Of a stretch of DNA of 35,143 nt, positions 12,521 to 24,220 are shown piece by piece (within the stretch, counting starts at the first letter, position 1; each line of letters begins with the position of its first letter). A program made the position numbers and the translations under genes. Under the pieces are notes generated by a model that was given only the letters and a program-made list of their open reading frames with translations, was not told the origin of the DNA and made no database searches. This DNA comes from Dimorphilus gyrociliatus (taxonomy: Eukaryota; Animalia; Annelida). Location of the stretch: assembly GCA_904063045.1 (NCBI GenBank), contig CAJFCJ010000082.1, positions 56,056-91,198 on the forward strand, in the 5' to 3' direction.

Positions 12521-13809
12521 TAATAATTATATTTTTTTTATAAAAATCAGAAAAATTTATGTAAATTTAAGAAACATTACCAAAGCTTGTGTAGTTTAAA
12601 AATACAAAAATACAGCTAATGCAGACAATTATTTTCATATTGAAGTTAAATTTTAATTGAAGACTGAATTTTTAAATGATAGTAAAGACTTATATATTAA
12701 TATATATATAGTATTGACATTCTATTAATTATTTAGATGTACATCAAAAAGTTTGCCTAAACTTATCGAAAAACAATTCTTTTATTCTTTAAGTCTATTC
12801 TTTTGTTGAAGAAACAATATGCTTTATTGACTACTTGAAAAGGCACAAAATGGCTGTCCTTCTAGTACATATTTCAAAATGACATAAATTTTAGTTTAGT
12901 TAAACTTATATGAAGTTTCTCTGCATATCTACCAGTTTTCATTTTAAATGTATATTTAAGTTAAATGTGTAAAGAATACATATTTGTCCCTTCATTATTC
13001 TATTCCCTTATTTATTATTGGTCAATTGATAGGAATTTGTTATAAATAAACATTAAATTACAAAATGTGAAAAAAATATTCTTAAACCACAATAGAAATA
13101 TCTGAATAATTTTGATGAGTCTCTGTAAAGGGGGAGGCCAAACCATAGTATGGCAATCACTAAAGTGTGTAGGTTCTTTATAAATGGAGAATGTGTCCTG
13201 AGTTATAACCATAGTGATACTCCCATGATCCAATATAGCACAGAAAGCACAGGGAATGAAAAAAACTTACATGAACTATTACATAGTGAAATGTCCAATC
13301 CGGAATTTAGCTCAAACGCCTAATAAAGCAAATAGATTTTTTATATGCACTGGAGAAACACCCAATATGATATATATGACTAAAGTTCTTTGGTGGTATT
13401 AAATTGATTTGGGAGTTAAGTGCATGAAAGAAAAGTGAATGTATAACTTTCTTGATAAATTGCATAACAATAAGTTTGAATAATTAGCTCAACCTTGTAA
13501 CAATAAAGATTCCCTATAAAATGTTAGGAAAATATCTATAAAATTGGTAAAAAATAGTCAATATATCTTTGAACAATGTTTGAACTGGAAATGAAAGAGA
13601 AGGAATTATTAATTCATTCTTTTGTAATATTTATAATGTATCAAAAAATTACGTTTAAATTATTTAAATAGCAACTATATAAATTGTAGATTGAACAAGC
13701 ATTTTACATTTGTATGTGAAAGTTTTGCTGAGAAAGGGAATTTGTCATCTTGATATCAACAGAATAATTTTTTATGTTATATGTGATATTTTGTATTTAA
13801 ACACATTGA

Positions 13810-14460
13810 TTCCGGGACATTTTGCCCCCTGGACATTTCATCCCCTTTGCCTTGACATAATATCCCTTTTGTATGGACATTTTTATGATTGGTCAGTAGA
13901 CCAATCTTCTTTTTAATCACTTTACCAGTTTTCTTAAGAGAATTTTTTCCCTTTTCTTATTTATGGAAAAGTCTTGTAGGAATATTTGATTTTTGGCTGG
14001 TGGGTTGATAGGAAATTTTTCCTGATGTCCACTTACAAGGCTGCTCTTTTCATTTTGAACAATCCATTTTAAGATATATTAAGGTATAATAATCTTTCTT
14101 ACAATTTTCATTTTCTCTAAATGTATGAATTTCTAAAAACTTTATTATATAAATGACTTCAAAGATAACAATTATGAAGGAAATATGTTGAGAAAGTTGA
14201 TGTGTCTACCATATCTTCCAAAATAATTCATTGCTTTCAAAATTTCACCAAATCAAGAATGAACTTTTAGAAAAGAATATATACTGCAATCTTGTGGAAT
14301 ATATTCAAAAAACTTATATTGATGGTAAGATTTGGATGCCAAAATTTTGGTCTGTCTACCAACTTCTTGTCAGAACAAACAATAAATGTTGAAGATTGGC
14401 ACACAAGATTAAATAGAGTGGTAGGAATTGATGAAATTTTTACAACCTTAATCAATTAAA
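13810..14460 (+). pseudogene. Degenerate MULE copy (last two transposase exons), preceded by ggacattt-cccc repeats
   Basis: PDVHLQGCSFHFEQSILRYIK with GT donor at 14084, then MLRKLMCLPYLP...WMPKFWSVYQLLVRTNN/(frameshift)VEDWHTRLNR. Close to exon 5 of the intact copy. Confidence 0.8.
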
Positions 14461-15035
14461 TACTAAAACTGTATTGATATTTGGTTATTCTGTGTTATGT
14501 GGATGCGACAGAAAACGTCCATGAAAGAAAACGTCCATGAAAGAAAACGTCCATAAACTGAAAGAAAACGTCCATGAACTGAAAGAAAACGTCCATAAAC
14601 TGAAAGAAAACAGCCATGAATCAAAAGAACACATAAAATAAAGAAATTTTCATTTAAATATAAATATATGTTGAAAAAAAATTAACACAAAACTTTAAAA
14701 AAACTGGTAGAAATGAAGAAATCTTCAGGAAAAGAGATACAAAATATCAACTTCCTCTTCTATTTTCACTCTCTTGAGGTAATATGAAATTTTTAATTTT
14801 TAGAGGTTTTTTTTGTTCTTAATAATCTCTGTGATTAAAAACTTATTGATTATTTTATTAATAATCAATCTAACATAAATTTAGCAATTTTATTTGTTAA
14901 TGAAGTTTTTTTTCAATGTTATTGTCAAAATACTAATTGTTACATAAATAATCATAATAATGATATGACAAATTCATTTATTAATTTTAGTTTAGCTCTT
15001 CTTTTTCTCCAATATTTTAGAAAAAATATTGAATA

Positions 15036-15133
15036 ATGGACAAGTGTTCTATTTGCAATGATAAATTTGTTGGTAGGCAAATAAAAGGCCAATGCTCATT
15101 GTGCCTGCATATTTGTCATATAAAATGTCTGCA
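15036..15133 (+). pseudogene. PHD-like finger exon 1 of the outer MULE transposase
   Basis: MDKCSICNDKFVGRQIKGQCSLCLHICHIKC has C-x2-C-x12-C-x2-C-x4-H-x2-C, the same spacing as exon 1 of the intact element. Confidence 0.8.
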
Positions 15134-15159
15134 TGGTTTGTACAGATTTGCTTGAATAT

Positions 15160-15606
15160 ATAGCTCTCTGAGAAATGGTCCGATCTTCTCTGATAAGCCT
15201 GTCAATTTCTTCTCTATTCTGACCTGTTACAGCTGTGCTTGGATGACCAGATCTTGCCAAATCTTCAAAATTTTTTCTTCCTTTTTTTATGTCAGATACC
15301 CACCTCCTTATTGAACTTTCACTCAGAGTTTCATCCCCACAAAAGCTTTTTAACTGCTTATAAATTTGTCTCGCAGACACCTTCTCATGCACTAAAAATG
15401 CTATGATTGGTCGTTGATTGGAACGTGTGCACATGACTTGCAGTTGCTTATACCAAAATAAATTTGTAATGCCTCAACAGAATCGAATGAAAGTTTGCAC
15501 AGTGAAAGTTTACTAATTTCCTAAGATTATTGGAAAGTATCAATGATATTAGTTAAGCCGTTTTAAAATTACAGCACAGTGACTGAAACTTTTCATTCGT
15601 ACCTAA
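15160..15606 (-). mobile_element. Mariner 5' half (TIR + HTH region), same family as 873-1822
   Basis: TIR ...cttttcattcgtacctaa ends at 15606, followed by TA. MCTRSNQRPIIAFLVHEKVSARQIY...SIRRW...FEDLARSGHP is a mariner HTH. The 3' half is missing; left boundary approximate. Confidence 0.88.
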
Positions 15607-15712
15607 TATGTATGCAGGACAAGGAGCTTTGGCATATCTCTGAGTACATCTCCAGGTGATTGAACTTTCAGTTTTTCTTTTTACTGAATATGAACAGTTT
15701 TTGTGTAGAAGA
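15607..15712 (-). pseudogene. Inverted FLYWCH fragment of the outer MULE transposase
   Basis: LLHKNCSYSVKRKTESSITWRCTQRYAKAPCPAYI on the minus strand stops exactly at the mariner TA. Opposite orientation to the other exons of the element. Confidence 0.85.
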
Positions 15713-15736
15713 TAGTACAAACCATATTCTTTCATT

Positions 15737-16614
15737 CAAATGTACTCTATTCATGTATTTTTGAACAAAAATGGACAGCTTAAGCAAGTTCCTTTGCTTT
15801 TTTCTTTTCTGTCTTCTAAAAAAAAGAGAGCATATAAACTACTTTTCCAGGTAAGAATTACATTTCATAAATATACTTACTAATAAGCAATCATGTTAAA
15901 TTTTTAAGGCTGTGAAGGATTTAGCTGAAAATTGTGCTCCTAAGAAAATAGTCTTAGACTATGAAAAGGCTGTTTGGAAAACTTTACAAAATATATGGCC
16001 TGATGCTGTCTTGACTGGATGTTCATTTCACTGGTCTCAGGCAATATTTAGAAAAATTCAGGTTTATTGATTTCTAAAATTTTTAACAATCCAATTAATT
16101 GTTTAAGGAACTTGGTTATAGCAGGGAATTTAGAAAAAAAGAGGGAGCTTGGGAATCCATGAGAATGATTATGTCTTTGCCATATTTGCCTCATGGCATG
16201 ATTGAAAATCAATTCACTAAAATTCAAAATCAACTGACAAAAGAAAATAAACTGTCTGATTTGTTGGACTATGTGTCTAATACTTGGATAAAAAATACAT
16301 TTTGGTCTCCAGAGACTTGGTCTGTTTTTGATCAAAGCATAAGGACAAATAATGATCTGGAAGGTTATCATCAAAGGCTGAATAAAATTGTTGGAGAAAA
16401 TGTTTCTTTTTATTTAGTGATTGATGAGTTAAAGAGGGAAGCAGACATGATAAATCTGTACAAAAAGCTTTTAAGTGAGAGAAAGATAATTAGACTTCAA
16501 AGGAAGACTTATAGCCAAATTCAAAAAGATCTTTTCTTAATTTGGGAAAATTTTAAAACAGGTGAAATTAATGCAAACCAGCTTCTGCAGCTTTGCTCAG
16601 AATTATATTATTGA
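15737..16614 (+). pseudogene. 3' part of the outer MULE transposase (partial exon 3 to 15850; exon 15909-16061; exon 16108-16614)
   Basis: MYSIHVFL...KQVPL (frameshifted); IVLDYEKAVW...GCSFHWSQAIFRKIQ; RTNNDLEGYHQRLN. The first catalytic Asp region is deleted. Confidence 0.9.
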
Positions 16615-16773
16615 AAATAATTGACAATACCTTGATATCAAAAAACTTTACTTGAAAACACTGGTCATTTAATTGTAAAACTTGAAAAAAGTTTGTCTTT
16701 CTTTTAAAGTTGTTTATAAATAATCAATACACAATTGATATGGTAAACCTAAAGTTGTATATATAAAAAGTTT

Positions 16774-18641
16774 GAGTTGGGGTGCGAACGTACCTGGGTG
16801 TGAACGTACCCGGGTGCGAACGTACCCTGGGCGGGTGCGAACGTACCTGGGTACGTTCGCACCCTATTTTTATATTTATTTTATTTTTGAATTTTTGAAT
16901 AAAAGATTTAGCTATAAATCTAAAAGTATGTATTTAAAAGACTAAATATTATACTAAAAAACAATAAAGCTTGACAAATGATATTTATGCTGGAGAGTAG
17001 ATATGGGATGTCTGCATTAATAGATCAATTGATGTCAATTTGTTCAACTTGAAATCATCCCATAAATCAAAAATTTTCTTTTGGATGTCAATATACTTTT
17101 TCTTTTGATGTTTGTAAATCCTTTTTTCTGACAGTAATTTCTCATAAACTGCAATCAACTCAGACTCTTTTTTTAGCTCATCAACCAGCATGTAAAAAGA
17201 ACCTTTAGCAGGCAGCTTACTATTCATTCTTTGATGCCATCCTTCACAATCATTATTGGTCCTAATAGACAAACCAAAAACTGACCAGTTATTTGGTTTC
17301 CATAATTTATTTTTGATCCAGTTTGTTTGGAAGTATTGCAGCAGGTCCAAAAATCTATTTTTTTCACAAAGTTCTGCATTTATGCTGTCAAATGTTGGTT
17401 GAATAATATGTGCTGGCAAGAATGGCAGAGCCATCAATTTTCTGAAATCTTTCCAATCATTTCCTTTTTCTTTGTATTTCTTTACATAGCCAAGAGCCTA
17501 TTCAATAATATAAGTTATTTAATAGATAATGTTATATATATTTGAATGTAACTGACTTGTATTTTCCTGTATACTGCTTGTGTGAAATGAAATACACAAC
17601 CTTGAAATTCAGTGAGGGGATATACTTTTGATAATGCTTTCCATAGTCCTTTTTCAAAATCCATTGTAATTCTTTTTGGATGAAAATCATTGATAAGATT
17701 GTTGATATGCTACAAAAAAGCAACTTTATTTATCATCACTTTTGAAGAGATAATATGAAATATTTACTTGAAATGCTTGTAAGTATGCTTTGGTATGCTT
17801 TGAAGTCAGAAAAATAAAAACAAGAGGAACTTGCTTCATATCACCACTCTTCTTAACAAATGAGTGAATAGTGACAAGTTGATAAAATGGTTCTTTTACA
17901 ATCTTGAAAGTACCATCAATGTACCAACAGTTGGATTTTGATAATAAATTCAGCTGATGGTTTGTTGCAAAGATTAAAATTCTTTCTCCATTTTCACAAA
18001 TATCTTTCTGCAAAAATTCATCAGGCAAAAATGTTTCATCTAAATTAAAGTTGTACACTTTAGGTTCCAATGGTTATCTAAAAATATTTCCAGTTATCAA
18101 TAAATTTCCTTTCCAAATATTCAAAATGGCTGAAATTTTATTTATGAAAAATATTCAGCTTTTTCACAATTGAAGATAGTATATTACATCAAAATATCAT
18201 GAATCAACAATCTCAATGATTAGATATAAATACTCACTTCTGTTGAAGCTTCCAAGAAGAACTTTGTCCAAATTTATTCAGTAAATATAGCTTTACTTTT
18301 GCAAGGATAAATATTCCAAGTGAAAGTTTATTTAATAAAACTATCACTATTAAAATGGCTGCTATTTCACTTTCAACAACATTTTCTTTTAAAGTAGTAA
18401 TTTAATATTGATGGGATATGTATTCTATTTAATATCTGCATTCTATCAAATCAATATATTAACAAATATATAATGAAGGAACAGAAGGAAAAAAGGGTGT
18501 CAATGTACATGTTTATTCAAAAATTCAAAAATAAAATAAATATAAAAATAGGGTGCGAACGTACCTGGGTACGTTCGCACCCGCCCAGGGTACGTTCGCA
18601 CCCGGGTACGTTCGCACCCAGGTACGTTCACACCCGACCCC
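16774..18641 (-). mobile_element. Inner MULE, 1868 bp, 5'-deleted transposase, nested in the outer MULE
   Basis: Perfect 9-bp TSD AAAAAGTTT at 16765-16773 and 18642-18650. ~130-bp TIRs built from gggtgcgaacgtacc units. Confidence 0.95.
16985..18070 (-). CDS. Truncated MULE transposase of the inner element (exons 17768-18070, 17557-17709, 16985-17497)
   Basis: The spliced frame is open and keeps WYIDGTF, TMDFEKG, GCVFH and RTNNDCEGWH. It lacks PHD/FLYWCH and an ATG start; an in-frame TAA lies just upstream of 18070. Confidence 0.85.
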
Positions 18642-18659
18642 AAAAAGTTTTCTATTAAC

Positions 18660-18850
18660 TTGTTTTTCAATATAGATTTACATTTAAATGAAATTTATTT
18701 TTATTCATGTTTTCTTTTAGTTCATGGATATTTACTTTTAGTTTATAGACATTTTCTTTCACTGTATGGACGTTTTCTTTCACTGTATGGACGTTTTCTT
18801 TCACTTTATGGACATTTTCTTTCACTTTATGGACGTTTTCTTTCACTCCA
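18660..18850 (-). repeat. Extra internal copy of the outer MULE subterminal repeat array
   Basis: About five ggac(g/a)ttttctttcact units plus the AT-rich TIR extension, lacking the terminal gacccc. A second, complete array lies at ~18960-19084. Confidence 0.85.
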
Positions 18851-19424
18851 TAAGGAAATATAATTCCTAAAAAATTAAGCTAATAGGAAAAGTTAAGTGA
18901 TTTTTTTTGTGAATATTTCATTTATTAATTATATGTTTAAGTAAACCTTTTACCAAAGGTTTACTTTTTCAACATATATTTATATTTAAATGAAATTTAT
19001 TTTAATGGACGTTTTCTTTCAGTTCATGGACGTTTTCTTTCAGTTTATGGACGTTTTCTTTCATGGACGTTTTCTGTCGACCCCGTGTTATGTATCCCAC
19101 ATATATTTTAATATAACATCTGAAATGAGACAATTGCCATATATCTAAAAAAAAACACCATCTGACTGAAGGAGAAGAAATTTAAACTATTTCCATAGCA
19201 ACAAATCAGTCACTTCAGAAATGGAAGTTAGTAATATTTTACAACTTTTTATTAGTGTTCTGCTATGTCAAAACAAAAAGGTTAGCATAAAAGAAAAATA
19301 ATAAGAATATGGGAATTGGATTTTTAAATATTTGTGACGGACTTCAAATGTCATCAAACCCTCTGAAGAATCTTTATTTATTTAACTGTGGTTTAAATGA
19401 AGAACTAATTGCAGAGTTTAGAAA

Positions 19425-19621
19425 GCTTTGCAATAGATAAGCCCAAAGACATCCTAACCCTAACCCAGCTTTTGGTTGTATCTAACTTTTTCCATTGCTG
19501 ATAACAGATGGAGGAGACCCTCCCAAGTACAAATCAGTTGATGTCTTCTTCTTCCTAACCATTTTGTTTATCCAAAATCTGGTCTTTATATTTCTTTTTT
19601 GTGGACATTTTCTGTTAACCC
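19425..19621 (+). mobile_element. MITE copy B, degenerate
   Basis: cctaaccctaaccc; agatgg...caagtacaaat core; ends gtggacattttctgttaaccc (compare ggacgttttctgtcgacccc). Left boundary approximate. Confidence 0.65.
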
Positions 19622-20795
19622 ATTTTGCAATAGACAAGAGTTTTAACATCTAGTAACTTGCAAAAATTAACATTCTTTCATTGCCAAAATAAATATCTTT
19701 CTGGAAAAATTCAAATGGCACTGAAAGGAAATTAATAGATTGAGGCAGTTCAATGATGAAACTGTTCAAAGTTTTATTAGAAGAAGTAAAGAAGAAAAGA
19801 ATCATGCATAAAAAGAAGGAAAGATTAACTCAGTTAATCAGTATATTAAATTGGCAAAGAGAGCAGAAATATTTTTTGATCCAAGGAAGGATGGTAAAAT
19901 GAGTAGAGTTAGGTTAGGGTTACAGGGAGGTCCCTTTTTAGTTGATTTTTGCTCCTGATCCTTGGAGCTTGCTTTTTAGTTGTTGATAAAAAATTTTTCT
20001 ACTAGGCCTTTAAACACATTGATATTGTCAATTGAATTAATAATGTTCTGAAGGTTTGCTGTTATATAATGAAACTTGAATATAATAATATAATATGATT
20101 TTCTTTTCTGAATGTGGAAAAAATATAAGAAATTGAAAAATTCAAGTAAAACAAGGTCTAAATTTCATTTCAAGTTGGGAAAAGTTTGTTTTTTATGAAG
20201 TAAATGACCAATTTAATAACATGTAATTACTGGATTGTGTTTCTTTTTGCAATACAACTAAGTAACATTACTATTTAAAAATTTAATGAAATTTGACTAA
20301 TTAGGAAAAATAGTTGTATGAATTTTATTTGGAAATTAACCCTGTTAATATAATTGTTTGTTTTTATTATCCTTCCAACATAACAGTCATGTTGAAAATC
20401 ATTTTATTATGGCTGTAGCAACTATTTTTCAAAAAGTTTTGTATTGTTTTTCATAAATCTATTCAAATAGAACTATGAGCTGTAATTAACAGTAGTATAG
20501 AAACACTTTGATGTATATGAAGTGTTCTAACCCAATTGTTTATCCCAATAGTTTGATTGTAAATCAATTAATCAACTACTGCTCTAACTAGACAATATTT
20601 CAAAAGAAATTGTCTTATCCATAGAGAAAGTGAACAAATAATGTCCAAAATCGAAATATTTTGATTTAAAAATAGAATGTATGGTTGTGAATATTTTTTT
20701 CTGTAGGGTAGATAACTTGTGAAACATCATGAAAAATTTCAGATAAATATCTATACTCAAAATCACTAGGAGGGTGGAGTTACAACTCACAAAAA

Positions 20796-21240
20796 CATCC
20801 AGATCAAATCCAAAATGGACAGCTAGACAAGTTCTAAAAAATTCAGCTGTTCACTAGTGTAAAAAAAATTCTCTGCAAATACAAATGAAATGGGAGAATT
20901 GCAGATAAAAAGCCAGCTCTAAACAGGAAGCAAATTAAAAAATGGATGCAGTTTTGCAATCAAAAACTGAAATGGAGCTCAAATATGTGGAGAAAAGTAA
21001 TATTCTGTGACGAGAGCAAAGTTGAACTCCATCCTCGTTGAAGGGAATATGTAAGAAGGCCAGTTGGTACTAGAAATGATCTAGAGTATACAACTAAAAC
21101 TGTGAAGCTTGGTGGTGGTAACATCATGGTTTTTGATTACATAAAATGGAGGGAGAGAGAGAGGACTCATCCCTTCTAGGATGCATGCCAAAGGTTATAT
21201 CAATATACTATCAGAAACTATGTTACCCAATTATAATTGG
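20796..21240 (+). pseudogene. Degenerate Tc1-like transposase fragment
   Basis: KPALNRKQIKK...WSSNMWRKVIFCDESKVEL...YVRRP...TKTVKLGGGNIMV...YINILSETMLP, with stops and frameshifts. No TIRs found. Confidence 0.85.
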
Positions 21241-22109
21241 ATTATCACATATTTGTAATGGAATCATTCATTCATCAAATACTTTATAAGAAATTTTGAT
21301 TTTAGTTCGTGTAATTCAACTGAAAATCAATCTACAAACATGCTGAAAGGTTGTTCTCAAATTGATTTTCATTCTTGTAATCTGTCTGAAAGTCAGTGTG
21401 CAAAATTTAGAAACATTCTCAAAGATCATCCAAGACATATTTTTCTATATGAATAAAGTTTTAAAAGCGACTATCATCATCATTACCATTGTCATCAGTG
21501 TCAAAACAAGTAGAGTATGTAGGAGATGTCTTGATGCAGGAAATTGAATCATACACTAAATCTTAATATTCGACAAGTAATAAACCAATGATTCACATCA
21601 CTCTATAAATTGTCAAATTCAACTAGAAAAGTGTAATGGTATGAAACAACAATGTGAGCGGTTCTTTTGGAGTGTTGGAACCCAAAGGTCTCGAGGATCC
21701 TATACAGATTATGTAAAAAAAGATGTTGATGCTCCTGATAAAATAATAAAACTTTCCAACAAACACTAACAAAAAAATCCTCTGTTCAAGTCAATATGTC
21801 ACTTTAGCATATCTTATCTATTGCTAAAGTTGTAAATATTGTAATCATCAATTATTAGGATAAAGTCCCATTGATATTTCCGCAACAGTCCTTTCTTTTC
21901 AATTCGTAATAATAGGTTTATAAATGAATCTGGATTTCATTATTTTTGGTCCATGTTAAGGTCAAAGAGGAGTTTAAGGACAAAAAAGATAACGTTATCC
22001 GCTTTTAGGTTAAGGTTAGGCTAAAAATGCAAAGTAGGGGATGTTCTTTCCAGCATCCTTAAGAATGTAATATTTAAAAATGTAAGAGTGTGAGAAAAAA
22101 TGTCACGGG

Positions 22110-22320
22110 ATAAGGGATTATATCCACAAAATGATGCTTTTACCCTAACCCCTGCACAACCCTTGTCTTTCCCTTACCTTGTTCATTATCCCTAACCCTC
22201 AGATGGGACCCTCTCAAGTACAAATTTAGCAGTTGTGTTATTCTTACTAACCAGTTTTCAACCCAAACTCTAGCCTTGAAATGTCTCATTTGTGGACGTT
22301 TTCCATTTATGGATTATCCT
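22110..22320 (+). mobile_element. MITE copy C, degenerate
   Basis: tccacaaaatgatgcttttaccctaaccc (matches copy A); ccctcagatgg...caagtacaaat core; gtggacgttttcc near the right end. Boundaries approximate. Confidence 0.65.
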
Positions 22321-22886
22321 TCATTCATATAGTTGTTTTGTTCAATCTAACAAATTAGAATTAGAAATTATATTATAGCTATTAAAAATGATCGTGAAGA
22401 TTTTTTTCTATAAAAAAAAAATCTATAAATAGATTCCAACAACTGACCTCAATCACCTAGTTTTTCATTAATCTACAATAAATATAAAAAAAATCTTAAA
22501 ATGTAAAAAAACACATTAGTTTTTGGTTTCAGATAATTTTACAGAATTTTTGTAATTTCATAATTTTATAACTGCATTTTTTTAATTCATCTAGTAAGAA
22601 AAAATTAATATTTTACCTGAGCGATAATATAGGTATTGAAAAATTTTGAAAAAAAATTTAGCCTATTCTACTACGGAATAGTTGTATTGATAAGAAATAT
22701 AAAAATTTTTGATTGATAAAAACAGACGTTCGTCTTCTTGATAAGATTTTAATCAACTTTTTAAAGAAGAAATATACGAATAAAAAATTTGTCGTTATTT
22801 TCAACTTGGTTTGTTTGGCATCAATTTTATTTTTAATTTAAAAAGAATAGAATTAAACATTCAGAAATAGAAATCAAACAAGTAAT

Positions 22887-24220
22887 CTAATCTACATTGA
22901 GTTTTCTAAAATGTTGAAGAACTTCTGTTGCAGGTTTCTTGCTTTCGTTATAGGACAAGTGCGCTGGATTGGAGATATCTAGAATATCATCTCTCATCAT
23001 TAGTACCCGATCAGCTGTTTGAGCTGGAAAATAAACAAAGAAAGATAAATTTTATTAATATAAAAAAAATGTATAATTGAGCACCTCCAATTTCTAGAAG
23101 AGATCCACATATTGGTCCATCATAATCATCCGGTAAGTACTCTCTAGGTAACATTCTTTTAGGTATGTGTTTGTATAATGATTCAAGCGTTCCATGTACA
23201 TGCGTCTAAGGATTGAGAAGATATTTAGAGAAATTTATTATAACCCAAACTGTGTTTTTAAAATTTACCCTTTCCTTATGTTTCTTTTTCATAAATGGTT
23301 TGTAAATGGAGAATATTGTTTCAAATAAACTTCCAACGTTATAGTAGTGTATACCTTTTATTCGACCAATCTGAGCATCCTAGTTTAATTAACAAAACAA
23401 TGATAACAATAAATCCTTTGTTTATAATCCTCAATGATTTTAATCAATACCTGACCATCTTTTTGATAATCAACCGAATCCGGATCGTTGAAAAGTGTCA
23501 TTATTTTCAAATTAATGCCAGTCATATCAAATAGCAGTACAATGCCATTAACTTGAAACATTTCATCTTTCATGAGCGAAACGAAGACAACGTTCATCAC
23601 TTTCATAAACTCTGAAAATCTATATTTCTTCTTTAACTCTTCAAAGGGTATCATATCTAAACAATACACAAAAGATTATGTATTTGAATCGTGAAGATTA
23701 CTATTATCTCTTCCATACTTAGCTTATAGAGCATAATTACTCTACCATCATCATCGTATCCAGGTAACACCATTAAATGGCTAAATAAAGAACCATATGA
23801 TTACAAGAAATGATATTGCATTTCAAAACTATTAAACATTTCCTACCCTCTTCTAAGAACTTCTTGAACTACATCGGATCTGCTATCCAAGTTGGAAAAT
23901 GAATTTCTATTTTTAGAATAAAAACAAGCCACCTTTTCAATTGTATATCTTGCTTTAGATTGACTGAATTTACTATGCCTCAATATTCTTAACAAGCTAA
24001 ATGTTCCTATGATAAAAAAGAATACAAACAGAAATTTAAGAAATCTTGAGTTTACAAAAAATATCAAACTTGTATCAAAAGTCAAATGTTCCTGTTCATT
24101 TACCCAATCTCTCAAAGCTTTGACAGCTGATAGCCTATCACTTGGAATCTCATTCAATTCATCTCTAGCCTTCTTAATATATTTTTCTTCCAAAGTGCAA
24201 ATATACTCATTCTCTGCCAT
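22887..24220 (-). CDS. CRAL-TRIO lipid-binding protein (clavesin / alpha-tocopherol transfer protein / RLBP1-like), 7 exons, 315 aa, intact
   Basis: Exons 24070-24220, 23847-24006, 23719-23780, 23451-23656, 23269-23379, 23085-23205 and 22887-23023; all GT-AG and phase-compatible (948 nt). Motifs: KARDELNE, LLRILRHSKF, QVNGIVLLFDMTG, RIKGIHYYN, LPREYLPDDYDGP, C-terminal FRKLNVD. Confidence 0.92.

Larger units (their letters stand above)
14501..19084 (+). mobile_element. Outer MULE element (rearranged, non-functional) carrying nested insertions
   Basis: Perfect 9-bp TSD GTGTTATGT at 14492-14500 and 19085-19093. TIRs begin ggatgcgacagaaaacgtcc (left) and ggggtcgacagaaaacgtcc (right, reverse complement), with gaaagaaaacgtccat tandem repeats. 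Confidence 0.93.

Noticed and set aside
13155-13235. TKVCRFFINGECVLSYNH as a CCCH zinc finger
   Set aside because: The third Cys is missing and there is no supporting exon context.
14505-14625. Tandem repeat arrays (also 16780-16864, 18551-18641, 25554-25670, 28107-28223) as CRISPR-like arrays
   Set aside because: No unique spacers; the arrays occur as inverted pairs bounded by TSDs, so they are MULE TIRs; eukaryotic context.
18473-18863. ORFs 18473-18658 and 18660-18863 (also 28025-28288) with repetitive peptides
   Set aside because: They are translations of TIR repeat units.
21250-21720. Possible Harbinger/hAT remnant (DAG..., ER.FGVL-like)
   Set aside because: Needs several frameshifts to assemble and the motifs are too short.
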